Positions 39,441-52,816 of a stretch of DNA of 64,000 nt are shown in pieces. How positions within the stretch are numbered: position 1 is the first letter of the stretch; every line of letters begins with the position of its first letter. The stretch is from Vicugna vicugna (taxonomy: Eukaryota): the NCBI GenBank assembly GCA_013265495.1, contig MU058463.1, positions 1,573,523 through 1,637,522 on the forward strand, given 5' to 3'. Under the pieces are notes generated by a model. That model saw only the letters and a program-made list of their open reading frames with translations. It was not told the DNA's origin and ran no database searches. The translations under genes were made by a program, and so were the position numbers.

Positions 39441-40059
39441 CTCTTCCTTCTGGTTTCCATGGCAAAGATTAATAGAGTGGGAAACAGCTAGGAGAGTCCA
39501 CTTATCGGAACTTTCTTCTTGTTATTATTCTTGCTGCCCTATTTTTTCATATTTCCAATTTAAGAGAAATGCCCCATTGTATGAAGCTTGGGGAAGGCAG
39601 GATGTACTTCTCACCACAACAACTGAAAGAGGACAGATTTTTTTCTTGCGTTCTTCCATTACCTAAGGCAGGCGTAAGCAGTGTAAGGTAGGCGGGTTTG
39701 ATATGCATGCTCAGGGCTTTGAATATGCTGTAAATAATGTGAAGGGACAGTTAGCTGTGGCATGTCACAACAGCACTGTCCAGGGGCTGGAGTGTCAGTG
39801 GGACCAGAGGGGAAGATGGCACTTTTCTCAGGAGGGCCAGTGCTGGTGGTGACATCTTCAACAGATTGTTGTGATACATCACCTTGGCTGTGGCCCCAGC
39901 TAACCAGACCCCACTGGTTTCCCATGCATTTTCTGAATCTGGTTTGCCAATATCTGGTCAATTCTACAAGTATTCCCAAACCTGTAGGAAATATTCTCTT
40001 CTGATTGAGATAGCCAGTCATTTTCTATTGCTTCCCGTGAAAATTCTGACCAACACAGA

Positions 40060-40600
40060 CAAGTCAGGAGGTTGCTGGAATAATTTAGGATAAAAGAGAA
40101 TAGCAGCCTGACTTAAGGTAGGGGTATCATGGGAGAGGAGAAGGGAGGGTGGAAAAAGAATTAGCAGTTAAAATTCATAAGAATATGTTGAATAGTGGGA
40201 GAAAGAGAAGAAAGAGAGTCACAGGGGATGATTTTTAGCCGAGGTAAATGAGGTGTTTCTAGTACTTCCAAATACAACAAAGAATAGAGAAATAACAATA
40301 ATAAAGGAGTCAGGCAGATGAGGAATGGAGCACCTTTGTGGTGATGGGAGTAATTATCTTTTTATAACAGTTGAGTGTGAGACTTTGAGATGACGTTGTG
40401 GGAGACATAGAGTAGACAGATGGATAGATGTATGAATCTGTGGGAAAATGTCAAGGATAAAGATAGAGAATTGAAGTCATCAGGAACTGAAATCATGAGA
40501 GGAAATGAGATCACTCTGGTAGAGTTCACAGCATGAGAACAGTGGGTCGAGGATGGACATCTGGAGAATACCATAATTTAAGAGATGAGCTTAGGAAGAA
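40060..40600 (-). mobile_element. Degenerate L2 fragment
   Basis: gttgagtgtgagact..gtagacagatggataga; gaaatcatgagaggaaatgagatcact. Confidence 0.6.
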
Positions 40601-41331
40601 AAGCCTAGAAAATAAATCACGTCGTTTTGGACCACAATTCCTTTCTTGATGAGACAGCATGACTCCAATTACTCTTTCTAGTTTCCTTGGACACGTAGAG
40701 CCCCTGGAAAATCATTTTCTTATCTTTGGCAGCTCCTTCTCAATGAGTAACGATTTCAAATAATTATTACCTGCCTGAAGTTTCTAACCCAAGATCCAGG
40801 CCCTCTGTTCTTTGCTGGCAACCTCTACCTGCGAGGCTCGAAATACAACATACCCCTCTCCATTGTAAACAATTATTTTAGAGGACAGATCTTTAAAAGC
40901 AACACAAAAAGGGACTAGCTCTCTGTCACTAATACTTCCACATAGACCTCTTATGTATGGGGGCTTTCTCCGTTTCCCCCCAAAACCACCCTAAGTGTAC
41001 AGGTTTTAAAGAAGCAGAGCCTTATTCCAGCCATCCAATTAGGAGCTACTTGACCAAAAAGGGGCTCTACCAGCTCCTCCCCTGCCTTTAACCTTATTTT
41101 TGATCTTTGCTGACTCATATCAAACCAATACTGCTGGTTAAAGATGCAGACTCTGTCAACATGAAAAAAGAAATTGCATACAGTTATCAAATCATCTGTC
41201 TTTCTTTTAGTTTCCACTGGCCTCCTCAGATTTAAATGCTGCTACCACACAGCTAAGAGGTGATAAGACGAATCTATGTTCCATTCCTCCATCTCCCCCT
41301 TGTCTTGGGGTGGAGGGAGGATGAAGAAAAG

Positions 41332-41805
41332 GTTGCAATTAACTTTATGTGTCAAATTGACTAGACTAAGAAATATCCAAATAGCTAGTAAAACATTATT
41401 TCTGGATGTGTCTGCTAGAGTGTTTCCAGGAGAAATTAGCATTTGAATCAGTAGACTGAGTGAAGAAGGTTGCTCTCACCAGTGCAAGTGGGCACCATCC
41501 AGTCTGTTAAGAGCCTGAACAGAACACAAAAACAGAGGAAGGGCAAATTGATTTCTTGCATGAGCTGTGTCATCCACTGTCTCCTGCCATAAGACATCAG
41601 CGCTCCTGATTCTTAGGCCTTTGGGTTTAGGCTGGAACTATACCACTGGCTCTCCTGGGCCTCCAGCTTGCAGATGGCAGACCTTAGGACTTTTTCTTCT
41701 CCATAATTGGCTCACTGGCTCATGTGAGCCATTCTCTAACAATAAGTCTCTTTCTATATATATACACCTCATGGTTCTGTTTCTCTGGTGAACCCTGACT
41801 AATAT
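41332..41805 (+). mobile_element. MLT2 (ERV-L) solo LTR
   Basis: taactttatgtgtcaaattgactag; attagcatttgaatcagtagactgagt; ggttctgtttctctggtgaaccctgactaat. Confidence 0.9.
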
Positions 41806-42584
41806 GAGGCCCAAGATAGGACAGGGAATTCCTAACCAATGTAACAGGAAAAAATGAAAAAGAAAATAATAAGCCAAGTATAAATTCATAGGACTATGCT
41901 GAGATTTAGACGAAGCAAACATATGTGAGAATATCAAGTTCAGAGTATTCAGAGATTAAAATAAAGGTTCAAGTCACAGAGGTAATAAAAGTTTAGGTTA
42001 GAAACAAGAATACTGGAAGTGAGAGGAGTCCTGGGGGTTGTTAAAAACTAGGAAAATGTTTATAATTTATATAAAGATATAGGGTAAAGTTTGACTAGCT
42101 TAAAAGTCAAGGGCACAAGAAATCACATCAATGACACTCTGAGCAACATAGAAAGAAGAAGAGAAAGCACAAAGAATGAGCAAAAGCAGTTTGAAAGTTA
42201 TATTTTAAAAAAGCAATGGAAGAAGGCCTTTAAGAAGGTAAACAAAGAAAAGAAACTAAATTTACATCATCTGACACCACTGAAGGGATGGAATGAGTTA
42301 GGAACTGAAATAGGTCCACTGATTGGACTATTTGCAAGCCATTTATGTCCTTGTCAATATCTGTGTCTGTACAGTGATGAGGATGGAAAGCAGAAATCAG
42401 TGGGTTGTCAAGTAGATGGGAAAAAATGGCAGAGATCAAGCAAACATTACATTTTCAACAAGCATAGCTATAAAGAGAAAAATAATAAAATGATAGCTAG
42501 AAGGAGGCAGAAGGAGATAGAAGATAGAAGCTAAGATTTTTTTTTTCTTTTCAGAAAGAGATTTGAGCATTGAGCATGTTTTCC

Positions 42585-44600
42585 TGTTATGTGCCAAATA
42601 TGAAATCCAACTTGAATTGCTTAAACAACAAAGGGAATTTACTGGCTCTTTAAAGTAAAATGATCCAGAAGGAGAGTCAGCTTTAAGAATGGTTTGATAA
42701 GTTTCTGCTTCTCTAGTGAAAACTGGTCACTAGTGTCCACAGTGGGATCAGCTTCCTTGAGACCTCATGGCTTCCCCAGTTAGAATTTGTTGGTGAGAGA
42801 AGGGAAAAGGAGGTGACAGATGCTGGGAGAAAACCAGAAAGTGACTCCATTACAGTCCACATCTTTGGTTACAACAACTGACATCCAAACATACCTTTGT
42901 TCCCACATATACACTTTCAAAAATACCAGTGCCAACATGAAATATATTCCCAGCTTCCCCAAATGGAGTGAACTCAAAAACCTTTCCCATGACTGCATCT
43001 AGGCCAAGCCCACGGTCTCTGTGACAGGTGCAGCCTTTTCCAGGAGGAATGGCTCCAGTACCTACAGCTAACTGAGAAGTCCAGCACACAACATCCAGCA
43101 GCAGGAAACAGGATCATCATAATGAAACCTCCCACCTGGGGAAAAGGAGAATTGAAGTCAAGCGCTCGCTTTAAATGGCACAGTTCCTAGGACAGCTTTC
43201 TGGGGAGAACTTCCCTGTCCATTTCCTTCCATTGCTACATCAGCGATGGACACTGGAGTGGCTGCCTCATCTGAGAGCTGACTACTTTAGCAGTCAACTT
43301 TCTGATAGTGTGAATTTGGGGGTCTATGAATAGATTGGGGGGTGAGCGGATACAGGCTATTTTTAGCCAGGCTGGGTTGAGTTTCTGGCAAAATCGCTCT
43401 CTCAGGAAATGAGAAGGACTCTTAATCTATTTGTTTCTAGCCCAGATCAGGGTTAGTAGTTAAAGCCACAGATGTTATCTGGTAAGAGCTGTTAAACCCT
43501 GACCTGGGCCTAGAAGTTTCTGTTTCCTAGTAGCCCAGCTTTAGTTTCTCCCATTCGCTTAACCCTCAGGATAATAGTTTCTACCCAAAGTCTTAAGACT
43601 GACAAGGCAAATATAAGGGGCCCCTTACCCCCTAGGGGGAAACTAGATAAAGTCCAACAGAGGAACTGGGAAGAAGATCGGTACACAGGCCCCTCCTGTA
43701 CTCTGACTGTACCTCTGCTGAGTCCTCTCTCTCCCGGCTTCTGCTTATATTAACCTCAGTTTGGGGCCAGGAATTTAGTCCTTCCAACCCTATGAGAAAC
43801 CAGATAACCAGATTTCAAGTCATGTTTGATAACAGTCTGCAAGCAGAAGACATTCCTTAACAAAATATCTCCTTTCAACTTCCAGGAGGCCTGATTTCAA
43901 AAGAAGCGTATCTCTTTATCTTAAGACATTACGGAACACTAAACATACACAACATACTTTAGCAGTGATTTTTCTGACATGATTCTTATCCCAGAATTCA
44001 ACAGGCCATAGTTTAAAAAAACAAAACAAAACTCCTTTGTCACCACAAATAAGAAAAGTTCACTTTCCAGCACAAGACAGAGCAATTCACCACCCCTTCC
44101 TTCTTTGGTTCAGCAAGTTCTACATTTTTATTCACAACATCTTATTTTCTATTGTCGAGTTCAACGTCAGTCTAGTTCAGTAAGACTCATTATGTGGCAA
44201 CAATAAAGGTGAGCTTGCTTTGCAGGGTTTTGGTTTTGGTTTTTGGCTTTGGTTTTAGTTTGTTTATCTCATGCATTTGAAAAAATCCAGAGACAGGACA
44301 GTCCTCAGTTAATTTTTGATCCGGGCTCCATTTCTCTGGCTCTCTCTCAAATCTGCTCATCTCTATGCAGGAACATCACCCCTGGGTGGTTCCCCTTCTA
44401 ATAACAAAAGCTAGGCAGGCTTCACATCTGCCCACCACAGAGACATGGAATTCCCACAACACTCTCTGGAATTTGAAGGATTTGTAATTGTCATGTGTCT
44501 ACTACTGAACCAATCCTTAGGTCCACGTGGATAACACGGGCTGAATAATCAGTACTCAGGGAATTCTTCAGAACTGAATTATCCACTCAAGAGCCACATG
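42585..44600 (-). mobile_element. Old MaLR (MLT1J/K/L-like), probably LTR-internal-LTR
   Basis: LTR-like gcttaaacaacaaagggaatttactggctc at ~42620; second LTR-like block 44170-44600 (gtcatgtgtctactactgaaccaatc); about 1.3 kb between them. Confidence 0.45.
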
Positions 44601-44924
44601 GATTTGCAAAATCAGAAGTTAGCAGCTTTGAAAGTTGCAGTAAAACAATACATCTGGGGAACAATTAAGCAATGCCCCTTTAATACTCAGGAAGTAGTAA
44701 AGCAGGAATTATTCAAAGGAAGACGAGCCTCTCATTGAAAGAAGAGATAAATCAGAAGTGAAGTGGAAGAGCTTATCTGCAGGTAGCAGAAAGATATCAC
44801 ATATGGCAACATATTAATTAATTAATTAACAATCCAGACTGTATTTTACACTAACCATCACCACTGACAGCCTGCATTTCCAAAGTCAACCTGCCTTGCC
44901 TGGAAACAAAGTTCTCTTGAATTT

Positions 44925-45100
44925 TATTTCAATTAAAAATTTTATTGTGATAATTGTAGAACCATATGAAGTTAAATAAGTAAACAAATAACACAAAGTG
45001 GTGAAGTCTACACTTTAACCAGTTTCTCCAACAGTAATTTTTTTTTCAGTACAGTGGCATATGGTAGCCAGGATATGTACGTTAATACAATCCACCACTT
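44925..45100 (-). mobile_element. Old L1 (L1MB/MC-like) 3' end
   Basis: ttttattgtgataattgtaga...ctttaaccagtttctccaacagtaa...gccaggata..taatacaatccac. Confidence 0.6.
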
Positions 45101-46405
45101 CTCTTGGATTTCAAAACCAACTGAAAACAATAGAATTGATTCATAATATAGAAGAGAAAAGCCTAAAGTTCAACTGAGGAACGGTTTGTCTGATGGCCTC
45201 TTTGCTTTTGAGGAAAAACAGTCATTTCAGATAATGATGTATGTGGGAAAAAATGGGAGGAAGAAGTTTGCAGTGAAACTTATTGAGAAATGCCAGGATT
45301 TTTCAAGAAAATACTTGCCTACATAGCAATCCATATTTAAACACTAATGATATTTTATTTGAAGAATGTGTATCTGTTGTGCTTTCTAGTAACGAGCCTG
45401 ACAATGTGATAAAAGCAACAGTGACAGCATTTCAGAGTGGGCTGGCTTTAAGTCAAGGTGATTAAAAGAGTATTTCTAAGTTTCCACGATGTATAGTTAC
45501 TTCCGGTTACTATGCTCTGCTTAAAATTTCTTTAACTATGTATTCCAAATTCATCAAAAAATAGTACTGTATTTTAGAGTGAAATAAATACAAAGAGTGA
45601 GAAACAAAAACTCAACCATGAATGAGATTCAGCAAAACAATCTTTAGAAAAAAAAGTGACAACCGACAAGTGACATTTTTCACCAAATGTAGAAGTAGGA
45701 TTCTGCAGAAAATTTTGCTCTTCTTTACCAAAGGATCTGAATACATCTATAGAAATGTACATTCTGGGGTCTAATAGAATTTTTAAATAAAATATTATTT
45801 TTAAATGGCACATGGAGCAAAAGAAATCAAAACTCCTTACCAATTCTATAGTCTTCTAATTTTATATCTTAAAGCCATTTCTAAATTAATTTTATTCAGC
45901 TGAAGTATTTGTTGAGACCTATCCTATGATTGGCACTATCCCTGAATCCTGGGAATCTACTGGAATGCAAAATAGACATAGTTCCTCCATTCTTCAGCTT
46001 ACATTATATGTAGGAAGAAAGGGAAAAGTTTTAGAGGAAAACAAGCATTTTTCTCCCCAAACTTTCTCATATCTGAAAGAACACTTGAGCAGAACACCTG
46101 GGTTCACATGGCTCTTTAAGGCAGGTTATCATTGCCTTAAACTGCACTCCTCAGGATTTTGGTGATTTAAACGAAGCCTTAGAATGTTGCATCGAAGTGG
46201 CAGTTTCAGTTGAATCCATGAAGTACTCTGCTTTCCCCACATCTGTTTCTCTTGATATTGAGCCAAGGGTGACAGTCACACTCTTCCTGTAGTCTCCTTC
46301 CCAAAATCATTTAGGAATATAGCAAATTTAATTGAAGGTGGGAGAAGATATATAAGAGGATTTGCAGTCAAGCAAGGCATCCATTCAAACTAAATACTGC
46401 AGCAC

Positions 46406-46604
46406 GGAGGGTGTAGCTCAGTGGTGGAGCATGTGCTTAGCAAGCATGTGGTCTGGGCTCAATCCCCAGTACCTTCGTTACATAAGGAAACAAACCTAAT
46501 TACCTCCCCTTAAACAAATCCAACTTTTAAATTTTTATTTATTTTTATTAAATAAACAAACCTAATTACCTCCCCCCAAACAACAACAAAATTTTTTCAA
46601 AAAA
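46406..46604 (+). mobile_element. tRNA-derived SINE, Vic-1-like, with duplicated tail motif
   Basis: A-box tagctcagtgg, B-box gggctcaatccc, aaacaaacctaattacctcccc twice; 18-bp TSD caaactaaatactg(c/a)agc at 46386-46403 and 46607-46624. Confidence 0.9.
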
Positions 46605-47324
46605 GACAAACTAAATACTGAAGCCTCTGGCTACCCAAATAGCTATGATTTGTTTTTTTCCCATGGGTCATTTTATCCAATTTAGGACTCCAGCCTAAAC
46701 CATCTCTCTTGGCCTTTCCTTCCTCACGTGGCCCTTTCTCTTCTCCGCCCATCCCTTCAGTGTAACCCTAATGTGCCTCACTCTCTTCAGCCTCTTGTCC
46801 AAATGTAGTTATAAGCCTACCTTTGCATAATCCAAATTCATCAAATTCTGTATCACCCTGTTCCTCTGGAATGTGGTTATGGCTCTAAATAGCAGATCTG
46901 TCCCTCCATTATTACATCATGAGATATTGCTATTACAGGTCTGTAGTTGACATAAAAACAGTTGCTTCAGTATACTTCTGGGTGAAACAAGTGGAAAATG
47001 CATGTCCTAGTACCAGAGAGGGATTCGGGGATGGGGGGCAGGGGCAATGGACGGCAGAAGTCACCCTCTGGACAAAAGAGTTCAAAAGAAGCAAATGCAA
47101 GACATCACAAGACAGTAAAATCAATTAAAATTTGCCCTCACCATGACCCCGCCACTCCACTGGGCTTTTGGACATGGTGTGCCTCCAACGGGAAGCAGGA
47201 GTAGAAAAGCCTCAGTCACTCTGGCGGGCAGCCCCTCAGAATGTAGGACGTGAAGCCATGAGAGCCTGGCACGACCTCAGGAGAAAACAGGTGTGGCACG
47301 GAGAGAGGTGATAGTAAGACGCGT

Positions 47325-47720
47325 GGCTCAGTTAGGATTGGGCTTGGTTGCAAGTAACTGGAAATCGAACAAACAAGGACCAAAGGAAGGGTGAATGTCT
47401 CTCAAATAACAAGAATCTCGCTGCCCTAGGGATCAGGATGCTTGAATTTTTCTGTTCTGCCATTTCTAGCATATGATTCCCATCCTCATGTCACATGACA
47501 GCTGCTAAATCTCTGGCACTGCAGACAAGAAAAAAGAAGGGTGCAAAGGGAAGAGTGAAATCCCTACCCTTCAAGGTTCACCTTTTTCATGGGTAAGAAA
47601 AGGAGGGAAGTCCTCTCTCAGAATTTCCTTCCTTATCTACTTGCCTAGAACTATGTTGCATTCTTACTCTGGCTTACAGGAGATGGGATCTTGAGTGTAT
47701 TTTTTTCTCTCTTGATTTTA
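47325..47720 (-). mobile_element. Old MaLR LTR (MLT1-like)
   Basis: tcagttaggattgggcttggttgcaagtaactggaa; tctctcaaataacaagaa; ttccatcctcatg. Confidence 0.6.
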
Positions 47721-49189
47721 TAGAAGTCACGGGGGAAGGAGTTTATAACGGGTGGAGAGAGTCGACCCATTTGCACAACTGGAGAGGAGATGAATAGGAA
47801 CCCCTCACGACTTCCAAGACCCAAGGAAAGAGAAACACAGTGAAACGGTAAGTTGCTCATCAGAAAGGTGCATTCACCTCAGGGACTCACATGTTCACTC
47901 AGGAACAGTAACTTTAAAATATCAGTGACGTCAAGCGAGATGAAAGGTATTTCCCGCTGAAGCCACTTGAGAAGTCCCCAGTGTTGATATGGCATCTACC
48001 CAATAGTGACATATATGTATATATGTGTCAGGTGTGCGTGTCTGTGTCTGTGTCTGGGTGTGTGTATGTGTGTGTACAGAAGGAAGTCGGAGATGAGGAC
48101 AAGGGGGAGGAGAGAGAGGAGGAGAAGTAGTTGTCACCCGAAGATAAAAACCCTTTCACCTTGTTCAGGGACAAGAGAGCCTGGAACTGCATTTCAAATA
48201 CCTCCAGAAGTATTAGGAAATAAGAGCATGAAGCTGGGCTATATTCCATACAACAAGTTAATCTGGAGAACACAAAAGAATTAATGGATTATGGTTTTAC
48301 ATAAATAATTGTATAAGCTTTGACCTACAGCAAACTTGGCCATACATTTGTTGGTTAAGAAACTTCATTTAAAATCCTTTTTTTTAAATGAAAGGATAGG
48401 TTCTAAAAATATTTTCCAGAAAATTTCAGACAAATGCAGAAAAATACTGGTAGGCATGGGTTGCTAGCATATATTAATAATGTTCTGATAATGGACTACC
48501 AAGAAGTGTGAAAGTTGCCCCTGTTTCAAATATTTAATCTGGGTGCCAAAACAAAATTAATCAAAGTAGAGATAAATTGTGTTGTATTAAGATGTAAGAT
48601 TTCTGATGTTAGTTTCTGCTTTTGAAAGAACACCAGTAGTATTCTCACCATGCTAAACATATATATATATTTTTTACAGGAGAAACTGTTCCAATTTTTC
48701 TTAGGTTCCAATATTTCAAAAGCTCTAAATTTGATCTTGACTATTGGCACTTTCATAATGCTAACACTCTTTTTAATAAAGGCATGCAGACAATAGTGGA
48801 TCAGGACATATTAACAATGAAGTTCCACATGAATATTGTGGAGATTTGTCACTCATAGTAAGAGAACTGGAGAAAAAATAGTCATGGATGGAATTAATTG
48901 GTTTTTGAACCTACTCTATCTGGTAAAGGAAGAAACTTATTTGGGTTAGTACCTGAATTATCTAGATCTTTCAAAAGGAAAAAAAAAGACAACTAATTTC
49001 CCTTGATTCAGTTGAAAAATAAAAGCATTACATGAGAATATCTCATTTGAGTAATATTCAAAAGTATCCTTCTTAATAATTTATTATTAATTATAAATAA
49101 TGTTCATAAATCTAAAAATTCCACTTAAGGAATTATCCTATAATGCTGGTAGTTTCATTTACAAACACACTTACTGTGGTGGGTTTTTT

Positions 49190-49680
49190 TTTATTATTTA
49201 TTAAACATATATTAACTGAAGACAAAAGACCTGGCACTGTTGTTCTATGGATCAGAAATAAAGCCAAAAAGTTTGTCCTCGTGGAATTCCTTCTAGTTGG
49301 GGGTAGGAGCAACAGACATCAATACACACATACAAACATAGACATATCAAATGAGTTCGATGGGGACAGATACTATAAAAAACAAAAAAAGGACATAAGT
49401 AAATGAAGCTGGGAAAATTCTGTGAGTGGGATGAAATTTTAGTGTCGGCAGAAATATAAGAGAAGGTGAAGTTCAAGTAAAGGCCATGGAAGCTTTCTGG
49501 GGAAAAGCACACCTGTCAGAAGGCAAGCCGGGAAGGCCTGTGGTGCAGCGAGACCGGCAGGGAAGAGGCCACCAGGGCCAGAGTCGGATGAGGAAGAGAC
49601 GGAGTGGTAGGAGGTGAACTCAGAGAGGTGTCGGGACACCAGACCTCTAGAGTCGTGTGAGCCCTCATTAGGACTTGGAC
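49190..49680 (-). mobile_element. L2 fragment including 3' end
   Basis: attaaacatatattaactg..cctggcactgttgttct; gtcctcgtggaattccttctagttggggg; ggtaggaggtgaactcagagagg. Confidence 0.7.
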
Positions 49681-51524
49681 TTAAAATTACAAATCTGGCT
49701 ACAACAAACTCCTCAAATGAAATGAACAGTACACTAAGGCAGACTTAATATTTTTTTCAGGATGATGGGCTACAATACTGATATTAAAACTATGTGTATG
49801 AATATTTCCTACTGACATTGGAAAACCTCTTGGTAGAATGCTAAGTGAATGAAGCTGTCTACACTGTAAAAGTCAGCTGATTTTAAATATCTTTAAAAAT
49901 AAAAGGCTAGAGAAAATCATGGAAGGAAATGTGTTAACATGTGAAACGGCAAATAATAAGATTCTGGATTTTTTTTGTTGTTAGCTTTTGTTTTTTCCCA
50001 ACTTTTCTTCAACATGCACATGGAACTTTCATAACCAGAAAAGAATTTCAGTTAATTTTTTTTTAATTGGATGAATTTTTTTTAAAAAAAGGTGAGACCC
50101 TGAGGTAACCAGCTCTACGCAGCCATGTCTCCAGAAAAGCTACAGCTGTGGGCCCAGTTTTAGCAGCTCTGGCCTCACTCTCCTTGTATCATGAGTTGTC
50201 ACACTTTTCCTAGTGACTGTCTATGCTACTGTTTTAATTATGTGGAGAAATAGCTGAGGAAAAAAAAGAGAAACAAAAAACAAAACTGGAACCAAGTTCT
50301 TGGCAAAGACTAGCTATTTAGTGCCGAAGGCAAGCATAGACTGAACTCTGAGGCAGGATCTGAGGTAACTTTCCTCATGATTCAAAGAATGCAAAATTCC
50401 TGGCAGAGAGCTGCTTGTGTTTTTCTAAATTGAATGAATTTGTTGCAAGAGATGGTATAGATTCTCTCACAGACCCAAGGAGGAGGCTTCAAATGAGGTC
50501 TGTACCTGCTGATCTGCTAGGTGCACTTGTGCAACAGAGCCAGCCGCTCTGCTTCAGTGCTTCTTTATTCCTGGAATGACAGGGGTGGGGAAAGGGACAG
50601 CAGGTGACGGGAAAGCATTAAGCAACCCACCTGCAGACATTGCTTAAATCCAGGTTAGGTTCACAGCACCTCAAGCGCCGTTTGGCAACAGATCTTGTTA
50701 GCAAACCCTCTCAAAACGTAGGAAGGAGTGGAGGTGAAGAAAAGTGTAAGCATGTTTTCAAAGAATACAAGATTTGATGAAGTCTAGTTAGGAAAACAAA
50801 ATAAAAGATCGAGCACATGGAGACACTGGTTTATATGCTATCACATCAGCAATGTATACATTACACCAGACTTGTGATCCAAGGGGGCCTCGGACTAAGG
50901 AAGAGCAGAAACAGAGCCAGGAACGTAATATGATGGCAGTTTCCCCAGCACAGCGTCTTTCCAAGGAAACGTGCACACAAACAATGTACATTAAATGTAA
51001 TTCTCTACTTCACCTCATACAAACAGATGCAAAGTTGAAGTCTGTCGATCTCCTTCCATTTTCCTGGCAGCCACCAATTCAGAGCTGTAGTACATGCAGA
51101 ATCCAAGCAGACACAAGGGATTCCTCCTCTGAAATAGACAGAACTGATGTTTACTTAGGGGACTGAAGGAAATAAATGAGTTCTTAACATACCATCAGTA
51201 AGACTAACCATTCAACTTACCAGGTAATAAGTGAATTTCCACAAACCCCAAAAGTAAATTCTTCATATGTTTCTGTGGAGACGTGCTTCCTTCTCTGTGC
51301 AACACTGAATGAACTAGCACTCAACAGCTGAAAATCACACACGTGTGTGCACACACACATGCACGCACATGGACTCTGCTCAGCCATCAGCATAGCCAAA
51401 GTATCGGTAACGCCCATGAAGAATGAATGATGCCCAATTACAAACCGAGTTTTTATACAAGGTTGAGGGTGAGTAAAGAGATAGTTTCCTTTTTCAGCTC
51501 TGGAGGAAGCTATAAAAATTAGAG

Positions 51525-51606
51525 TGATAGATACATACATATATGTACATGTACATACACATATATGCACATCGATATATACATTCACTCATGCATGCAC
51601 ACATAC
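51525..51606. repeat. Alternating purine-pyrimidine (TA/CA) low-complexity tract
   Basis: atacatacatatatgtacatgtacatacacatatatgcac; a similar CA/TG tract lies at 51336-51371. Confidence 0.8.
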
Positions 51607-52172
51607 ATTCATTAGCTATTCCCATTGTTGCAAATTAGTGACCTTGACTCTTTTGTGGCCAAAGCTAAGATCTTAACCTCAATGCAATCATAACATTTGT
51701 TTGTGCTTATGTATCAGGCCAAGAACAAATATTTCTTTTGCAATTCAATTAACCACCACCAGCACCCCATCCATCCCCTCAGTGCTACAACTAAGATCTA
51801 CTTGGTATAGTCACTTCCGCTATATTCAGGAGAGAATCTCAACCCATGGCATTCCCAAGTATCAAATATGTCTTTCAAGTGGATAAACTGAAGAACAGAG
51901 ACAAAATTTCTAGTGGTTCTATGTAATAGAAATAGGATACATGGTCCCCGCCCTTGACCTCAGATCAAGAATGGGCTGTGACCTAGACTGAGGCTTCACC
52001 CCAATGTCCAAAGTGTTTGGTCCGAGAGGAGGCAAATTCCCCAAACCAGGCAAATCAAAGTACTTTCCTGGGTAATCTGGAGTTTGAGAAGAGAGTAGTT
52101 TTTGTTTTTGTTTTTGTTTTTCAACAATTTGATCTCGGAACTATAATTGAGGCCAAGAATTTCATTATCCAT

Positions 52173-52816
52173 TGTTAAATTAATTAAGTAAGGAAGCTAT
52201 TAGACTTAGGAGATGCTAATGCTATAGCAGCATGTATAAGTAAACCAAAACCTGAGCCTTTAATGCCACAAGGTTAGGAAATTGAAACCTAAATGCAACT
52301 AATCACAAACATCCAACTAGGCTTTAAGCTCTAGTCAACCAATAATTTTCTCACATTGCTTCTGCCTTTGCTCTACAAAAGTCTGTCCCTGAGCTGCTTT
52401 TGGAGAAGCACTTCTAACCACTTCTGGTTTGGCATTGCCCCATTCCAACTGATTTTTGTTCAGATAAACTCTTAAGATGTTTAACAGACTTCAGATTATT
52501 TTTAGTTGAAGTGTAATGGATTTACAATATTGTGTTAGTTTCGGGTGTTACAGCGAAGTGATTCAGTTATATACATATTTTTCAGATTCTATTCCATTAT
52601 AGGTTATCACAAGATATTGAGTGTAGTTCTCTGCGCTCTGCAGGAAATCCTTGTTGCTTCTCTATTTCGTATATAGTAGTTTCTATCTGTTGATCCCATA
52701 CTCCTAATTTATCCCTTCCCCTTTCCCTCTTGGCAGCCATAAGTTGGTTTACTTTGTCTGTGAGTCGGTTTCTCTTTCATATGTGCATTATTTTTTAGAT
52801 TATTGTCTTTTTAACA
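52173..52816 (+). mobile_element. ERV1 solo LTR (MER57/MER93-like), interrupted by L1
   Basis: TGTTAAA...TTTAACA inverted termini; 4-bp TSD ccat / ccgt; taagtaaaccaaaacct and CCAAT box. Confidence 0.8.
52501..52796 (-). mobile_element. Short L1 3' end nested in the ERV1 LTR
   Basis: gatttacaatattgtgttagtttc, same family as 35257-36103; TSD agattatt at 52493-52500 and 52797-52804. Confidence 0.9.

Noticed and set aside
42091..42534. 147-aa lysine-rich ORF
   Set aside because: TTG start in A-rich, probably decayed-repeat sequence; no domain or splice context recognised.
46406..46475. tRNA gene
   Set aside because: tRNA-like A and B boxes are followed by a SINE tail and flanked by a TSD; same for 7030-7101.
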